DNA of 58,876 bases, filler included, from Sphacelaria rigidula (GCA_964200075.2; 8 parts of 8 records of this genome joined end to end with filler, not necessarily neighbours in it); one strand, 5' to 3'; positions 23,764 to 38,301 are shown, counted from the whole stretch's first letter. The notes: generated from the letters alone by a model not told the origin. Numbers and translations: made by a program.

Positions 23764-26700
23764 GTTCCCCCACAACTACGTCCAGGCTTCGTTTCAGCCT
23801 CTGCCGGGCATGCACGAGCTCAAACAAAGGATCCTTATCAAGAAGGTGTGTATGAGTTTTTGTTCTAGTGTTTTTTTCTCAACTGTGTATTCGCATTATT
23901 GCTGGTCGATGTGTCTGTGTTGGGGGGACGTGCTTGGCAACTCATATCTGAACTAGATCGCGCAAGCTCAAGCTGTCTGGAGCGGGAATTGGATTAGGTG
24001 TCCTCTGTGTCTGTGTCTGCTCTTGTCTGCGTTCATTTATGCATGTGGAAGCCCCTGCTCAATAGTCCGGGGGCCGGGGGGCATCCCACGCCTTGAAAAG
24101 TGCGCTGGACCAGCTTGAGCTTTGGCAGCACTGGTGTGTCCGCCTGTCCACCTGTCGGCATGTCCATGACTGTGTCTTTCACGTTGTGCAGGATCAGCGA
24201 TCAGAGCAACCAAATTGACAGCTAACTATCCCCCTCCTTTCTCTTGTTCGCTTTTTCGACACCCATTCGATTCCCGTTTGCTATTCCCGCCCCTGGCCAC
24301 AAGGCACGAGAGGAGGCAATCGCTCGGGGAGAGGACCCCGACTTGGCGGAACAGATGATCTTGAACGGAGGCGTTTTGCCGCAGCAGCAGACAGCTGCCG
24401 AAGTGGTCGCCCCAGCACCGGCGCAGTCAACGGGACTCGAGTCCGGTGCTGGATTGAACCTCTCCACTCAGGTGCGGGCATCGCGACCCTGCTGAATAAT
24501 CGAGCCTCTGCACTGAACAACCTGAACTTCTTGGGCATGTGCACCCGTACTGTGAATATTGAGCATCATGAATCGAACGCATGCAAGAATGTAAGAAGCA
24601 TACAGGGAAAAGACCTGTAGTTCTAGTGTCGTACGGTAACACGACATTGGTCGCAAGCCTCAAGGCGGAAGAGTCAAGCTACCTGCCATCCATGTTGTTG
24701 TGAGAACAAATTCATGTCAACATGAAAAATGATGATGAGAAAAAAAATCAACGCACAGTATCTCGCACGTCGAGGCTTATCAGCTACCTAAAATATGTAA
24801 TCAAACAGGACTCTCAGATCCCTTGTGAAAAAACACGAGAATCGTGACGGCAGGGTCAGAGAAGCTAAAGCACTACCCTTCCGCTACTCCACATCTTCGG
24901 CGTCCAGCGCTGTAGGGAAAACACATGGTAAAAAAAGGGGGTAAATGAGGCATCTCAGAATCCGCATCAGTGAAGTAATAAAGGGTAATATTGAGGTACC
25001 TCATGACCTGTCCGACGTGTGCAATATTTTACTCGTGTACTTGTCACTTTCTCGTACAAGCTCTACCGTGACTTCACCAGCACTCTTAACTTCGAAGCTG
25101 CGCTTTGGATCATGACCCTGATTCGTTTCATTCACGCACGTGTCTGCTTCACCTACATTGCAGAGACGAGTCTTTTTTTTTTCCTTTACTTCATTGCTTG
25201 TGTCTCATGTCTCGGCTCTCATTTATTTCTCTTCTATTTGTTTTTGACGTCTCTCGCTCGAACATGAACATATGTCGCCCTTTTCCGTGCATGAACAGGA
25301 TTGGGATTGGGATTCTCTTGGGACGGGGCTAGGCACATCAGGCGCGGCACCCATGGCCATGATGGAACCGCCAAAGCCTGATGGGGTGAGCGTCAAAGTT
25401 TGTTGGTTCAGGATGGTTAATTTTGACTTCTTTTTCTTGTAAAATCTTTTTGAACAGGAAATTATTCAAGTTGTAACGGCTGTATATATATATTTATTTT
25501 TTTCTCGTGGGTGTGGGCGGGAGGGCTGGGGGCGGGGGAGCGGGGCGGGTTTCCTGAGAGTTCGTCTTCGAGAGAATGGGCGTGTGAGATCCTCCACGGG
25601 CCGGTCCACTGAAGAAAGGAAAGAGTTTCCACGGCCATTCCCCGCGTCGTTTTCAAGAGTGGGGCGGCGGAATGTCATGGATGCTCCTGAAGTCACACGG
25701 GAGGTTGTCCGTACATGTGGCGGTTGAGTTCCCCTCGTATTTTTAGGGTTCCGGCTTTTTCCCCGCGGAAGAGGACCGCCAAGAAATCGATGAAAACCAA
25801 ACGAAACTCATCGTGCAAATACTGGCGACGCTGGGCATGACTGCAGAAGTTCGTGTGTGAAATTCAGTTCCCCGATTCCAGAAAACGTTGTGAGTGAGTG
25901 ATTGAGAGATGGAACCTTGAAACTGTTCCAGGCATGTCGGGGTGGGCACCCAGGACCTTCCGGCGGGTGATAATGGTTAACCCGACCGAAACTCCTGAAG
26001 AGTCAGCCAGCTACTAGCGACCTCCAGCATGCCGTCGGAAACACGTGTGTAAAATCATGCCTCCCAACTCCTCAACCCGGCGGGATTAAGGGAGCAAACG
26101 AGAAAATAATATTTCGGAAACGTGAGTGTCCTGGCCACTCCTGGCGGCTCATGACCCGAAGAAATCGGTAAACGCGGTCCACAATCCGAGCGTCCAAACG
26201 CTTGTGACCTCGGGCTTTCGTACAAAAGAAACTTGTATGAAATTTCGTCTCCTAAGTTTTTGAAAGTACGTGGGAGTTGGAGCAAACGTGTTATTTGTTG
26301 CCTTGTTTTGTCCTGGACCTGCTTCGTGTGGTTGCCGAAGACGTTGGTTGACAATTTTCTCTTGTTTCTTGGGCGGACCAATCGATATGCGAATCTCTAC
26401 ACTGAAAGAGGAACGCAGCGGCAGGATTGTTGGTGTGTATTGTGTTAAATGCTTGTTTGGCGGGCTTTGTGGCAGAGAATACGAGAGACATTTTGCGTCA
26501 ACTTTTCAAGGTGTCACCTGCATGGCATTTCCTGGTGAAGATATGGCTATCATGTACCAAGTGGTTTATCCTAGTTTATGATTATTCTGTTTTTTTTTCC
26601 TTCATTTTTTCTTCTTCTTGTAAGTGATGATATTTCCACACTGTGGTCCGTTTGTCCTGTTGTGCTGCAGCCGAACAACGGGATGGGGTGGGGCGCCGCA

Positions 26701-27417
26701 AACATGGGCGGTGACCCGGACTTCGGCATGTGGATGGACGACCTGGGAGAGAATCAGAGCAGCATAGACCAAGACGATGTGAGTTCACAATTAAGCACAC
26801 GTCGGACAATTCAACTCAAGTTAACTCAAGTTAACTCTTTTCCCGATCACTGAGCTGTGAGTTATATCATAGTAATTTAAGTCAGCGGTGCAGATTCTAG
26901 TCGGGTGAGTTTTACAACATAACTCAGCGATGCATGTTTTGGGTCGGTGAGCTATGCAACATAACTGAATGAACCCATGGGTATATTCAGCAGACATTGT
27001 GTGATATTCGGATTTATGTATAGCCAAGCGCTTTTTGTAACATTTTCGGGTATATCTCCGTCACAACATCAAATGACGCAAATACGGTCGCCTTTCACCG
27101 CTGAGCCAGAGGACAAGATTCACAGCTTTACACGTAATTTGTTTATACACATGGTCTATATATTGTAAGTTTCAACGCCTGGCTCTTGCAGTAGTGGTGC
27201 AAGTTCACGTGCAAGTATCGTCATCATCCCACCAGTCGCGCGTTTACGACTTCGACGTCTATCCGTCTTATTCTTCCTGATCTGTTCGCGTATACATTTA
27301 CCTTGATTTTATTTCTATTTAGAACGAAAGCGTGGCCTCTGCGACAAGCTCGGACCGGGATCGAAGGCGAAGAGAGCGGAAGAATATCGCTCGCGAGCTG
27401 CTGGATACCGAAGACAA
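23764..27417 (+). CDS. Partial SH3 + DH (RhoGEF)-like protein; exons 23764-23845, 24304-24471, 25299-25385, 26671-26778, 27323-27417
   Basis: Five AG/GT exons join in frame. First begins FPHNYVQ (SH3 C-terminal FPxNYV signature); last ends RKNIARELLDTED (DH helix-1 motif ELLxTE). Confidence 0.72.
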
Positions 27418-27909
27418 GTGAGTATACTGCCCCTCATGAAAGATGAAAGGGTGCCGCACCCTGGATAATGCCAATGAATTCTCTCGTGAAATATGTACTG
27501 CGTACAGTATGGAATCTAATGTCTGCTGCTATAGGCGCAATAGTCGATACTGTACACAGTATACTTTCTGACAGGGTGCTTTTGTCCAGGGTAACGAGGT
27601 AACATGCCAGAAAAAGCCATAGGCATACATGTGACGGATGAAAAAACGTGACTCCGGGTTATTTAACGCGACGTACGGGTAGATGTTTTGGATGAGACAA
27701 ATGTACCGTAACGTGATGTAACGTGTGGTCCTTCGAATGAAGCCTTTTTTCATCTATATTAGGAAATTCCAACATGACACTGCTTCAAGGACAACACGTT
27801 ACGCTGCATTCTTGTCCCACCCAAGAAATGAAACCTTACATTAAATGACCTGAAGTCCCGTTTTTTCAAATGTGCCACGTGTATATCTATGGGAAAGAGC
27901 AAGATTATA

Positions 27910-28105
27910 GGGTATACCCGGAGGTGAGGGATGTTTGATTGGCATACGAAGCCGTACCGAAATGTGTACCGAACAATCCGGTATGGTCTGGCAGGGGTGT
28001 CGAGCCTTGTTCCGAACAATCCGACATGTTTCGGGACGGCATTTCCCGATAGAATTCCTCTTTTATACGTACGGAAATAGCCGAATATCAGCCGGTACAC
28101 CCTAC
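27910..28105. repeat. GTACC/TACCG-rich interspersed repeat fragment
   Basis: Motif composition similar to the 52909-54169 arrays. Confidence 0.4.
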
Positions 28106-30649
28106 AAAACACAACCTTGGGGAAAAAACACATCTGCACGTGGAAACGAATGCCTGCGGAGAAATCAAGGTATGCCTTGATTATACAGAAAAGTTTACGT
28201 ATACATTCGATGTCTGCTACTCGGAGGCATTTGGGCGAGATTTTCGTGAGCCACGGGGGAGGTGCGCCGCTCGGCGATATTGTGTACTTGTTCTGGTTTC
28301 CGTCATTGTCTAGTGGGTGTTGACTTGGACTCGGGGGAGCAGTAAAAGTCGTGATGGACAGGGGCGAACCTGTGTGCTTCGCCATCCTTTGGACTGTCTT
28401 TTGGTGCATGTTGTGTTCGCTGAGTTTGCGGTACCCTTTTTTCGTTCTAAAAACAAAAGGGTGTACCCCCTTTATGTATACTACTCTTGTTTTTGTCCTC
28501 CGAGTCACGGCTATGATGCGTTGGACATTCGATGCAGGAATTCTGGTTGAAAAATGTGACTCCTGGATTTGTCATGCCCCAGACGACACCTCGAGAATAA
28601 GTGATGTTTTTGTTTCAAATTGTTTTTCTTCGGTATTTCCGTCCATATGTTCGTCGGATCATGTACGTTCATCTGTGAAAAATCCCATACCCTACCGAAG
28701 ACGCCCGTACCCTACAGAAGACAACCTTGCAATTTTCGGCAGATGTTGGACATGGAATCGAAACCATCACCCACTTATGTATGCACCTTTTTGTATTTTT
28801 TTTTTGAGTCAGAGTTTTATTTTTTTCTTGGAGGCCTCCGCTTGAGGCAAGCAGAAAGAAATGTTCCAAAGCTACCTCTTCGATCCTTCTGAGTCGTTTC
28901 ACGCCCCCAAAATAAAGCTAGGCGAACGTTGTCCAACATCTGCCAAGCCGAGAAAAAAAACGCCAGTTTTTCCTGGACCTGACCGCTCTTGGACAAAGAT
29001 GCAAGTTTGGCTAGGACAGAATCAACTGCGGCCACAGGAAACGCGATGTTGTTCTGAAACCGTCTCAACGAGTAGAGCGAGTCATGTCAAGGTGTCAAAA
29101 GCCACAAAGCCCGTTTGTAGGGCGTACAATGGCGCAGAAGTACCAAAAATGCAGTTTTATGTTTGTTTGTTTTTTCTTGTCGTCATAAGCAGCCCAGTGC
29201 CATTTTTCATCTCTCTTGATTTTTCGTTCGATGTTGTTGTTGTCGTGTAACTTTGCTACCGCTGTCCTGGTCATTGAATACTTTTGTTTTTGTTGATTCC
29301 CCCCCCCCCCCCCCCCACGCCCTCGAAAGTTCGTGGTGGTGTTTCGTCTCTCCCATTTCGTCCGGGCTGTTTGGGGGGGGTGGGAAGGAAGNNNNNNNNN
29401 NNNNNNNNNNNNNNNNNNNNNNNNNNNNNNNNNNNTTAATTAATTAANNNNNNNNNNNNNNNNNNNNNNNNNNNNNNNNNNNNNNNNNNNNCATACCACG
29501 TGTCTGGGCTGCGTTTGCCTGGGTTGTAACGCTGAGATAAAGCCTAGGGATTGATTCGTCACGAGTCGACGCATCATACTAAAACCAAATAATTTACAGA
29601 CGAATCATTATTTGTCCGACCCTTGCAACATTTCCGACTAAAGGGGCATTCAGGCACCCCATCGCGACACGCAAGCTTAAAGCGCATGCTGAATGGAACA
29701 CACAGTACAAAGTATGTGCCACCCGTGGAACACTCCAACAGCCCGGTGGAACATGGCAGTGTAACGATACTCCGCACATCTAGGCGAGTCAATAGTGCAT
29801 TGGCGCACAACGTTTGTCTGTCATATTATCGACACGAACGGTCGACCAACAAAGGGAGGAGCCACAAGAAACGGAGAAGTGCTGTATACTCTGCGCATGC
29901 CTTTGCCGCCCTGCGTGGAGACTTTGAGTTTTGGTCCCGGAATGGTGGCAAAGGACCCCATGATTACGTTTCCCGCTAGTCGTCATCGCGAGGACGGCTG
30001 CTACTTTAGGGGAGCAGTTATGCTCGTTTAATCACTAACGCCTCCCGGAACAAACGCTTTGCTTTCGCGATGGGATCGCTGACTACCACGTACACAGAAA
30101 GCTTGCGGAATTTGCGATAACCAGCAGATGTTCCGTGGCTCAACGTGGTACATTGGACATTGAGGGAGTGAGATGCGCCGAGGAGGCAGATTTCTATGCT
30201 GGCGGATAACAGAATCAGTTTCCGTTCGTATCTTCAATCTCCCTTCTCCAGCCCCCTCGGGACGAGCCCATGTTCTCCTGGGTCAACCCATCTCTACTCT
30301 GGTAGCTGTCTCGCACTTCGTCGTGGGCCATTGGACTACTAACCCGCAGCCAGTCGACTTTGATGGTTTTTTTTTTTTAATATTCTGGGCAAATCTCTCC
30401 TTCTCACGTCTCCAGACGACGAAAACCAGAAACAAGAATGTTGTCGGGATTCCAAAACACGCAAGGAATCCGCCCAACTTCGAGGTGCTGCATCGCTCTG
30501 ACCACCGGGACGCGGCGGCTAAGGGGGAAGAATATCAGGAGGCCAGTTTGACATACCAAAGGCATGGGCTCATGATTTGAGTGGAGCAGAAAGGTCTTGT
30601 TGGCGGTACGGAGGCAAGAGTTTGCGTGCTGCTTGTTTCCTGCTCGCAG

Positions 30650-33600
30650 ACACTAGAGAATGTACTACGCAGGCTCAGTCTCGCCGCCTCAATGACAGCA
30701 CTCGATTACTGCAGATCACTTTATGTCGGGTCCCAAGTTCATTTTACACATTCTGCAAGCTCGTATATCGTCACGAGCTCTCTGCGCATGTGCCACGATG
30801 TAACGAGCCAGGGAAGGCACATGAAGTAAGTGGGCTCGTCCACGAACCTACCTTACCCTACGGGGAGGGGGGGGGGGCTTGTGACCTCACCTCGCCGCCA
30901 TCCTTGTCCGAAGTTATGAAACCTACCCGCCCACCGTCGGATACGCCATCTTCGAGGCTCGCCGACAGCGGGTGGAGGCAGCGTGCTCTTGGTTTCGGTT
31001 GCAACATACCACACCTGATCCTACAGTAAGCCCCGATACCGACGGCATTCGAGCTCCCGACTGTGGAAGAGAAAAATTATGCATCAAAAGGGGAAATTCC
31101 GCTGAACGCACGAGCAGGGGAGCAGATTCTCTCATATCCCAGTGGGTGGGAGTGTCACACCGCAAATGACTGTCATGCCCTGTCGCAGTGTGGTACGCTG
31201 TGTCGGCGGGTTGCCTGTGCTGTTGGTGACAGACGACACAACCTGTACGAGGCTGCTTTGTGTGAAGGCCCATTATTATCGACATTACTTTTTCGGAGAT
31301 CTCCGAAATTGTCGGGACTGGTGAGGTACCTGATGATTCCCGAGAGCTAGCGAGCGCCCCGGCGTTTTCATAGGGCAGCTCTCCGAAGTGCTGTGTTACA
31401 GTCTGAATTTGTCGGACTTCTCCAAAAATGAAGCTTCGAAGAAAAATCGAGTCGCTTCATTCTCGGAGCAGTCTGAACGAACGCAGTCTAAAAACTCTAA
31501 ACTATGTGAATTTCTGACATGTCCCAACCAAACACTGTCGATCCTGTAGCAAGGCCCCTGATATTACATGTCAACTCTCATAATAGTAGTGGGCCGATAA
31601 CAGCCTGTCTGCGTGCACTGCGGCTGAATGTACAAAAGCCGGGATGAAATCGGCCCACCAAGATGATCGTTGACAGAAACGAGAGGGCATGGTCAACAGT
31701 TCTGATACCATATTGCACTCAACTGCATTCGTGGTGATAATGACTACCAGCGATGGTCATGGCCTATCTACCCATTTAGTGAGCGCTACCGCACATGGGC
31801 GGGCAGGGCGCATGAAACGCGCGGAGCACATGCGCAACAAGTTGAACTTATCGAACATCGGCAAATATATCACGAACAACTGTGCACCTGAAATAAAAGC
31901 AAGTGCTACCCTGCAATTGACGAAAAATAGGGCGCCAGCAGCAGCTCTGAAGCCGCCCATGATCATTCACCAGCAGCTAACATCAGGTTCGACCCAAGCT
32001 GTTCAAACCGTCCTGCGGGATACATCATGTCGCAGAACGTTAAAAAATGACATTTTCTGAAAATAGTCACAAATAATGACACGGTGCTCCTGTATGGGTG
32101 GGCGGAGAGACACTACTCCTAATCATACATACTGATCAAGCCGGAGAGGATTGAGGGTATAAGGCGTGTGAGGCGCAATGTATATGGACAGCGGAGGTCG
32201 ACATGTCAACAAGAAACAGGTACCACCACGAAATCAAGTACATTAGTCTATGAGAAATGAAGTGCGTCGCTGGATAACAATACAACAACAGTACAGTAGC
32301 GCAATCTGATTTGAAAATTCAAATCAGACCGCAAGGTGACCTCTTGACCGAGGCTCGCCTTTTGCTCTGCTCATGTACAATACCGCCAGTGAAATCTCTG
32401 CTTAATTGAGGTGCCCAATATAGAGGTCGTGTGACCGTGGGATCATCTTAAAGTGAGTAAATTCGTCAATTGTATGCGTCATGTGTGTCACAATTTGCCT
32501 GTACTGCCTCCGATGATTGTATGATTGTACTTGTGCTATACTGCGCTATTTCCTGCAGTGTGGGAGTTGCCCTGTCTCTTGTATATTACCGCGTCCGTAG
32601 TGAATCCATTGTATACCTGGATGAGGCTGGCTTGATCACTGAAACCGTGTTGCATCCAACAATCAAAGCGGGTCGCGCTTCTCCATAGGTGTATCGATGT
32701 AACTGCTCTTCCAACCTCGCACAGAATCATCTAGAGTGTGCATGCAAACATCGACTGGATAGCGCCAACTTTAGCGTTGTTGAAGCCCTAACAGCCCTGC
32801 GTCCGGGCAGCGAGGGGAGAAGTACTGGCTTGAGCAGACCCATGAACATCTTGCGAGACTCGCATCCAACCGCGTCCAGCCCAAATGCCTGCGCCCCCCA
32901 TACTTCCGCCGCATGTAGCGCTGACCTACTGGCCCTTGAAATGCCCTTCACCGTACCACGGTACCAGTACCAATAGCTATGTTTTCGTGATATTCAAGCT
33001 TTTTTTTTCTTCTGTTCCTTCTTTTCTTCAGAGCGTGTTTCAGTTTCGTTTTTCTTGGGTATGTCTGTCATGAGACCACGGCTGGACCCCTGGGGGATCA
33101 GTTAAAGTGCGAGAATCAATCAATCAAATCAAGCTGAACTGCAGCTGCCTTCTTACTGTTGTATCGTCTGGAATCAACGAACAAATATGTCAGAGGGAGG
33201 GGGTATGCAGTCGCGCCGAGCACGGCGTAAATTCCGCGTCTGTCTCCAGGGGAATGGCGCCTCTGCCTTCGAAAGAGCACATGGCCTCCAAGGGCCTGGA
33301 GGCTAAGGTATGCATGCATGCATACCGTATGAGTTAGGTGGTGTCCATGACGGAGGGGCATCATTCGCGCGCGTCGGGGGTGGGGTGGGGGGGTTCCACT
33401 TCGATTGTGTTGAGGGGGAATGGTATCTACTTTACACGGGACAACGACGCCGCATCCTCCGTCCACGAAGTTTTTCGCCAAGCCATAGCTGTGGGCACCG
33501 TAGATGTAAGGGCTGGCAGCCGCAGTTGGGAAAGCAAAGATGAAAAGTCATCCTCGCATGTATTAAGACCAAAATCGCTCACAGAACGTGTACCGCGCGG

Positions 33601-34036
33601 TCTGATTCTTGTGCAGGTGGACATGGCAACTTACGGTCGAGACTCGTGGGCACTCACGAGTCTAGGTGTATGGCGAGATCGGTCCTTGCATGGCACAGAA
33701 AAGTCCGCCGAATTCGTCAAGAGCAAGCAACGCGAAGCGCGGAGAACTATGCTTTCCCTAAGCAACAGCATGAAATCTCGACCACCTTTACTGAGAGGCA
33801 ACACAAGCAATTGCGAGAGTACGATGGATACGAAAGACTCGTCGTTGAGCAAGGTTGACACTAGGTCACTTGACAAGCAGTGTGCAATATCAGACCCGCG
33901 ACGGGAGTCGAATGGGAATAGTATCAGTGATGACGAGTCGGGTCGGTTGCTGGAAGCATCATCAGCCGGAGGTGGGACATGTTTCGTAACCCAAGACGCT
34001 CCAGCTGACATGGTCGTCGAGGAGATGGAGTCCTGA
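30650..34036 (+). CDS. Hypothetical protein, 3' exons (candidates ~30650-30825, ~33250-33307, 33617-34036)
   Basis: CAG/GT-bounded open segments (TRECTTQAQ..PGKAHE; GMAPLPSKEHMASKGLEAK; VDMATYGRDSW..EEMES*). No family recognised; only the last junction was checked. Confidence 0.4.
32990..33131 (+). mobile_element. Possible non-LTR retroelement 3' remnant with (ATCA)n tail
   Basis: T-rich tract followed by ..GAGAATCAATCAATCAAATCAA tandem tail. Confidence 0.35.
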
Positions 34037-35691
34037 CATGACGGCAGTACCATTAGATATATAATACATGAATTATATAATGCGTACTTGGTTGTTTTGA
34101 TCAATTAGACGATTTTGATGGCATGTGTGAATGATGTTCTCGGCGAATGCTTCAGGGGCTGATTCCTCCTCGTAGTCCGATACTTGATTGTCTTCGCTGT
34201 TGAATTGAATTGAGGCTTCTCCTGTTTCAACGGCGCTCATGGTCTCGTTTCCCCGTTTCCAGTGAGACCAGTCAACACAAACGTTTCCTGTTGAATTTTC
34301 TTACTTTTTCGTCAAAGCTCAGGTTTTTGTGATCTCTTTTCGTGCTGAAAAACGTTGAATATCAACAACACGAAGTAATCTCAAACCCAGGCATTGGACG
34401 CGTTCCTTCGTTCATAGCACTCATCGCACAAACCACCCCTGGTTCCCTACGGCACTCATTCGCAACACTAGACGCCAGTCAAAAAAATTAGGGAAGGAGC
34501 TCCCTTACCGTAGTTGCTGACCAGTTGATGTCCCCGCGCTTTGTCTCACCAATTCCGAAGTGATGTGCTCCGCAAAAAAGCGACCCGGAATGGCCATTTT
34601 TTGTATTCGCAATCGAAGGGTATTCCGAAATCAGGGGAGTATGCAACTCTTACTTCGTGAAATGGCAAATGCACCTGTGCCACACAATGCCTTGAATCCT
34701 CGCGCATGTACTTGAGGCTACAATCACGACAATCAATCCTGGAACGGGGCAGCTGGGCGGCCCGTTCGAGGCTTCGTTAGTAGCAGTACAGGCACCGCAG
34801 ATGCTGCCAGTACATAGCCGGAGTCGGCGAACCCAAGTGTAGTACCCATGAGGAGAAAACTCCACGATGTTTATTCTGGGATGCAGTCAAACGCAGCGCA
34901 CGTTTCTGGGTCCTGCAATCAACGCGTGAAGATTCGGGACGAACAAGCTCGAGAATTGTGCCCGTGGACCGGTCGAAAACATCACAGCGGACTTCACACT
35001 CATCTGTGCAGAAAAATATACAAAACCTCGCTCAAGTCCTTCTGAACCGACATGCATAACACGTTTCGAATTCGAGACACTTTGGTATTTTTATAGGCAG
35101 TTCAATCAGTGAAGGTACCTCTTTTCATTGGTACTTTCGCACAATTTTCGGCCTATTTGACAATGCCCCGCTTGTCCAGAAGCAGGCACAAGGAAGGGCA
35201 TGTACCACTATATTTTACACTAAAGAAATACTTTTTCCTGCTGAAACGATTAGTTGCATCTTCATGCACTACCACCACCAACTTTTGAAGTAGATCCACA
35301 CTATTTGTGAGCAACTCATATTTTTAATTGCATCACGGGATACAGGGAAAGCTGCGAGAAAGTCGAAATACACGGGGAAGTACAGCACAAAGGCAGCCCT
35401 TGGTGGAATTTAACACACACACACACACACGCGCGCACCGTACTACAGTACTACCGACGTCATACCGCAGGACTACGATGCAAAACCAAACGTGATCGCC
35501 ATCACAGGATGCTCCGGTGGCCCGCGCACATCACGCACCGCGCTCACAGAATATCCCGCTTTTTGCCAGTTTGAAAGCCTAGTGCTAAATATTTTGCGAT
35601 TCTCGTGTTCTTGTGGACTTTTGAGGACCCACTGGTGGTGGTCTACAGTTTCGGGAAGCTTTGAGAAGGCCACCACTCGTAACTTAATAGC

Positions 35692-36515
35692 TTAATGAGA
35701 TAGCCGCTGGCTTTTAGTCCTCTTGCTCCAGGCGCAGTACACGATTCCCACGAAAAGCACCGGGACAGAGGCAACAGCTAGCGAGGATATTTTCGAGTCG
35801 TGCTCGGGAGATTTGGCCCCCACCTTCCCCTCCCCCTCCAGGCCCCCCTTCGGCCCCCTTGAAAGCGCACCGTAAAGCGACTCAAGCACTGGATCATTTT
35901 CTTGGAGCTCGTTCATGCTCGCCGCTCCCATCACTGGCTCAGGACCGTCGATATCCCTCACCACACGACACTCCTTGAAGTATGATAACAACGGAAACTC
36001 CGCGCTGAGGGAAGCGGGGCGAAGTAGGGGCACGTGGTGATACTAGTGCTCAACGAGGTGTGAATGATCTGTTGTTACAAATTTTATCGAGGTATTCATC
36101 AACATAAATCCTAATGAAAATTCCCGCCGTGTTCATCTCGAAAGCACAACAGAAATCATAGCCAATTCGATTTTGGGTAACAAGGTAGAGAGTGCTCTTT
36201 CGTACGTGGACGTGAGCACTCGGCGAATAAGTGATGAATGTGACAACTGGACGTACAGCGATCAGATTGGTGAGATCTAGGACCCTGCCACCGTACATCA
36301 ACTTTCACGCAGAAATCTCACCGTAAGTAGGCGTTGCCATCTGTCTGGACCTTGCGTTGGTCGACTCCACCGGGGTTGAAACCTTTCTGATCACCGTAGC
36401 CCTTGTATAGCTTATCCACCACGGTATTCATGCCCCGCGTTACAACACCGAGCGGTGTTTCCCACGGTGCATCGGGAGAACCCAGATGCGGCAAATCGCG
36501 GAAAGTTATAAACAT
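35692..36515 (-). CDS. Cyclophilin-type peptidyl-prolyl isomerase, last two exons (36515-36322, 36004-35692)
   Basis: MFI..WETPLGVVTRGMNTVVDKLYKGYG..GNAYLR-AEFPLLSY matches a cyclophilin C-terminal half; splice phases are compatible; hydrophobic C-terminal segment. Confidence 0.8.
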
Positions 36516-37269
36516 CTGAGGAAAAAATCAAGGCAACATGGCGACGAAAATCGTGGAAGAGAAGGGTTGTGAAAGTGATCTACAAAAATAAGTAGAAAAA
36601 AAACGAACAAACCCGAGACAGTTACTGTGCCGAAATGACGAAAGGAGAAGGTACATGAGCAGTCAGAAAACGCAGAAGACGCGAAAGGGATGTGGGGGGG
36701 GGGGGGGAATAGAACAAAAAAAAGAAGGCAAACGAAGTGGGAACATGGACCTGCCAGCCATCANNNNNNNNNNNNNNNNNNNNNNNNNNNNNNNNNNNNN
36801 NNNNNNNTTAATTAATTAANNNNNNNNNNNNNNNNNNNNNNNNNNNNNNNNNNNNNNNNNNNNGTGATTCTCCACACCAAAATTCGTCGCCATCCGCTAA
36901 ATGCATCGGTCGGGAGTTTCATAGAGATTTTAATATTGGCGCTATCTCCCTTAGGTATAGGAATTACTAGACATGGGGTTTAATCAACGAAAAATATGGA
37001 CCCAAACTTTTGAGCAGATGGGCACCTTCCCCTTGATAAGACGATTAATACGATATGCGGATCACGGCCCGACTCGTCTCGATGAGATATTGCTCTTAGA
37101 GCTTAAACCCGTTTTTAGGCTGGCCCAGCTCGTACGCATTCCGTTATGGCTTAGAATGTCAACCAAAATTCCCCCCCTACAGTTCGCCTGGTCCGGCGAA
37201 AATCCGGCGTGCTCCTTCCCGGCTATGTAGGGGTGGACCCACTCCGGGGTTGGCCTCGGTTGGCGATGA

Positions 37270-38000
37270 CGCTGTAAAACACGCCACTCACTGCGTAAGC
37301 TAGGCAACCAGACTACTTATTTTTTTGGGGCGCTTGCGTTTTTTTTGCGGTAACCATGATGGTGGTCGGTCGAGCTAGATCATATTGTGCGGTGTGCGAC
37401 AACCTCAACTTCGCGCAAAGGAGATGACCGTACTACGTAGTGTTTAAATTGCGAGACACCCATGAGGCAGTGTATAAGCCGTGCCTGTCTCTGGAAGTGG
37501 GGATACCAGAAAATGAAGCATTTCATTGTAGGTTGTCATCCGAATGCAAGATAATCAGTAGGCTTTGGGCCGGGCAATGATGGCAGGATGCAGTTCATCC
37601 TTCAGAGCAATGCTACGGTAGGGGTACACTTTTTTCGCTAAATATTGTCTAGTTCAGAGGCTCCTGACGATTCTAGATGCACAAGAATATGGGTCAGGGC
37701 ATCCCCGTTTGCAAATTCATTCGGGATATCCTCAGCACATTGGAGTAGTAATCCTGGCGTACTTTTGTATATTTTCATAAGTGGTGTTTTGCATGAGATT
37801 TAAGGGCTCCTAACAATTCTAACCTCTCAGAAAATATTTGTGCACCCCTACCGTAGCATCACTTTTCATGCGACTCGCCGAACACATCACGGAGCTTTGC
37901 GCTTGGTGATTGAGTGCGAGCCTGGTCCCTCGAAAACCCGGCGTGCTCCGTACCGCCTTTGTAGGGATGCGAGGTCAATGGTAATATGACTACGGCATGC
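37270..38000 (+). repeat. Old interspersed repeat, split by a MITE
   Basis: Aligns with 43580-44045; its 3' end also aligns with ~80-165 in contig 1. Confidence 0.75.
37605..37864. mobile_element. Sola2-like MITE copy 1, TSD TTCA
   Basis: TIRs GAGCAATGCTACGGTAGGGG../..CCCCTACCGTAGCATCACTT; 4-bp direct flanks. Confidence 0.85.
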
Positions 38001-38301
38001 GGTATCGTGAGCACCCCCCCCCTGCAGTACACAACCTTGCCTTTTACCTCTGGATGAGCTATACGGTATAACTTAGCGGCACCTATTTTCACTGGAAAAG
38101 TTGTACAACGTCATTGAGCGAACTCATTAATTGTCCGACGTGAAAAAGATTTGGCTAGTTGGCATCAGTGCCTTGGCGTTCGGCACGACAAGCTAGCTCA
38201 CCGACAGTTTTACACGAGATATTTCGGTGTTGAAAATGAACGTATGTTTCCTCAGCAAACCCTTCAAGGGGGGGGGTGAGGGATGTACAGGGAGCACGCA
38301 C

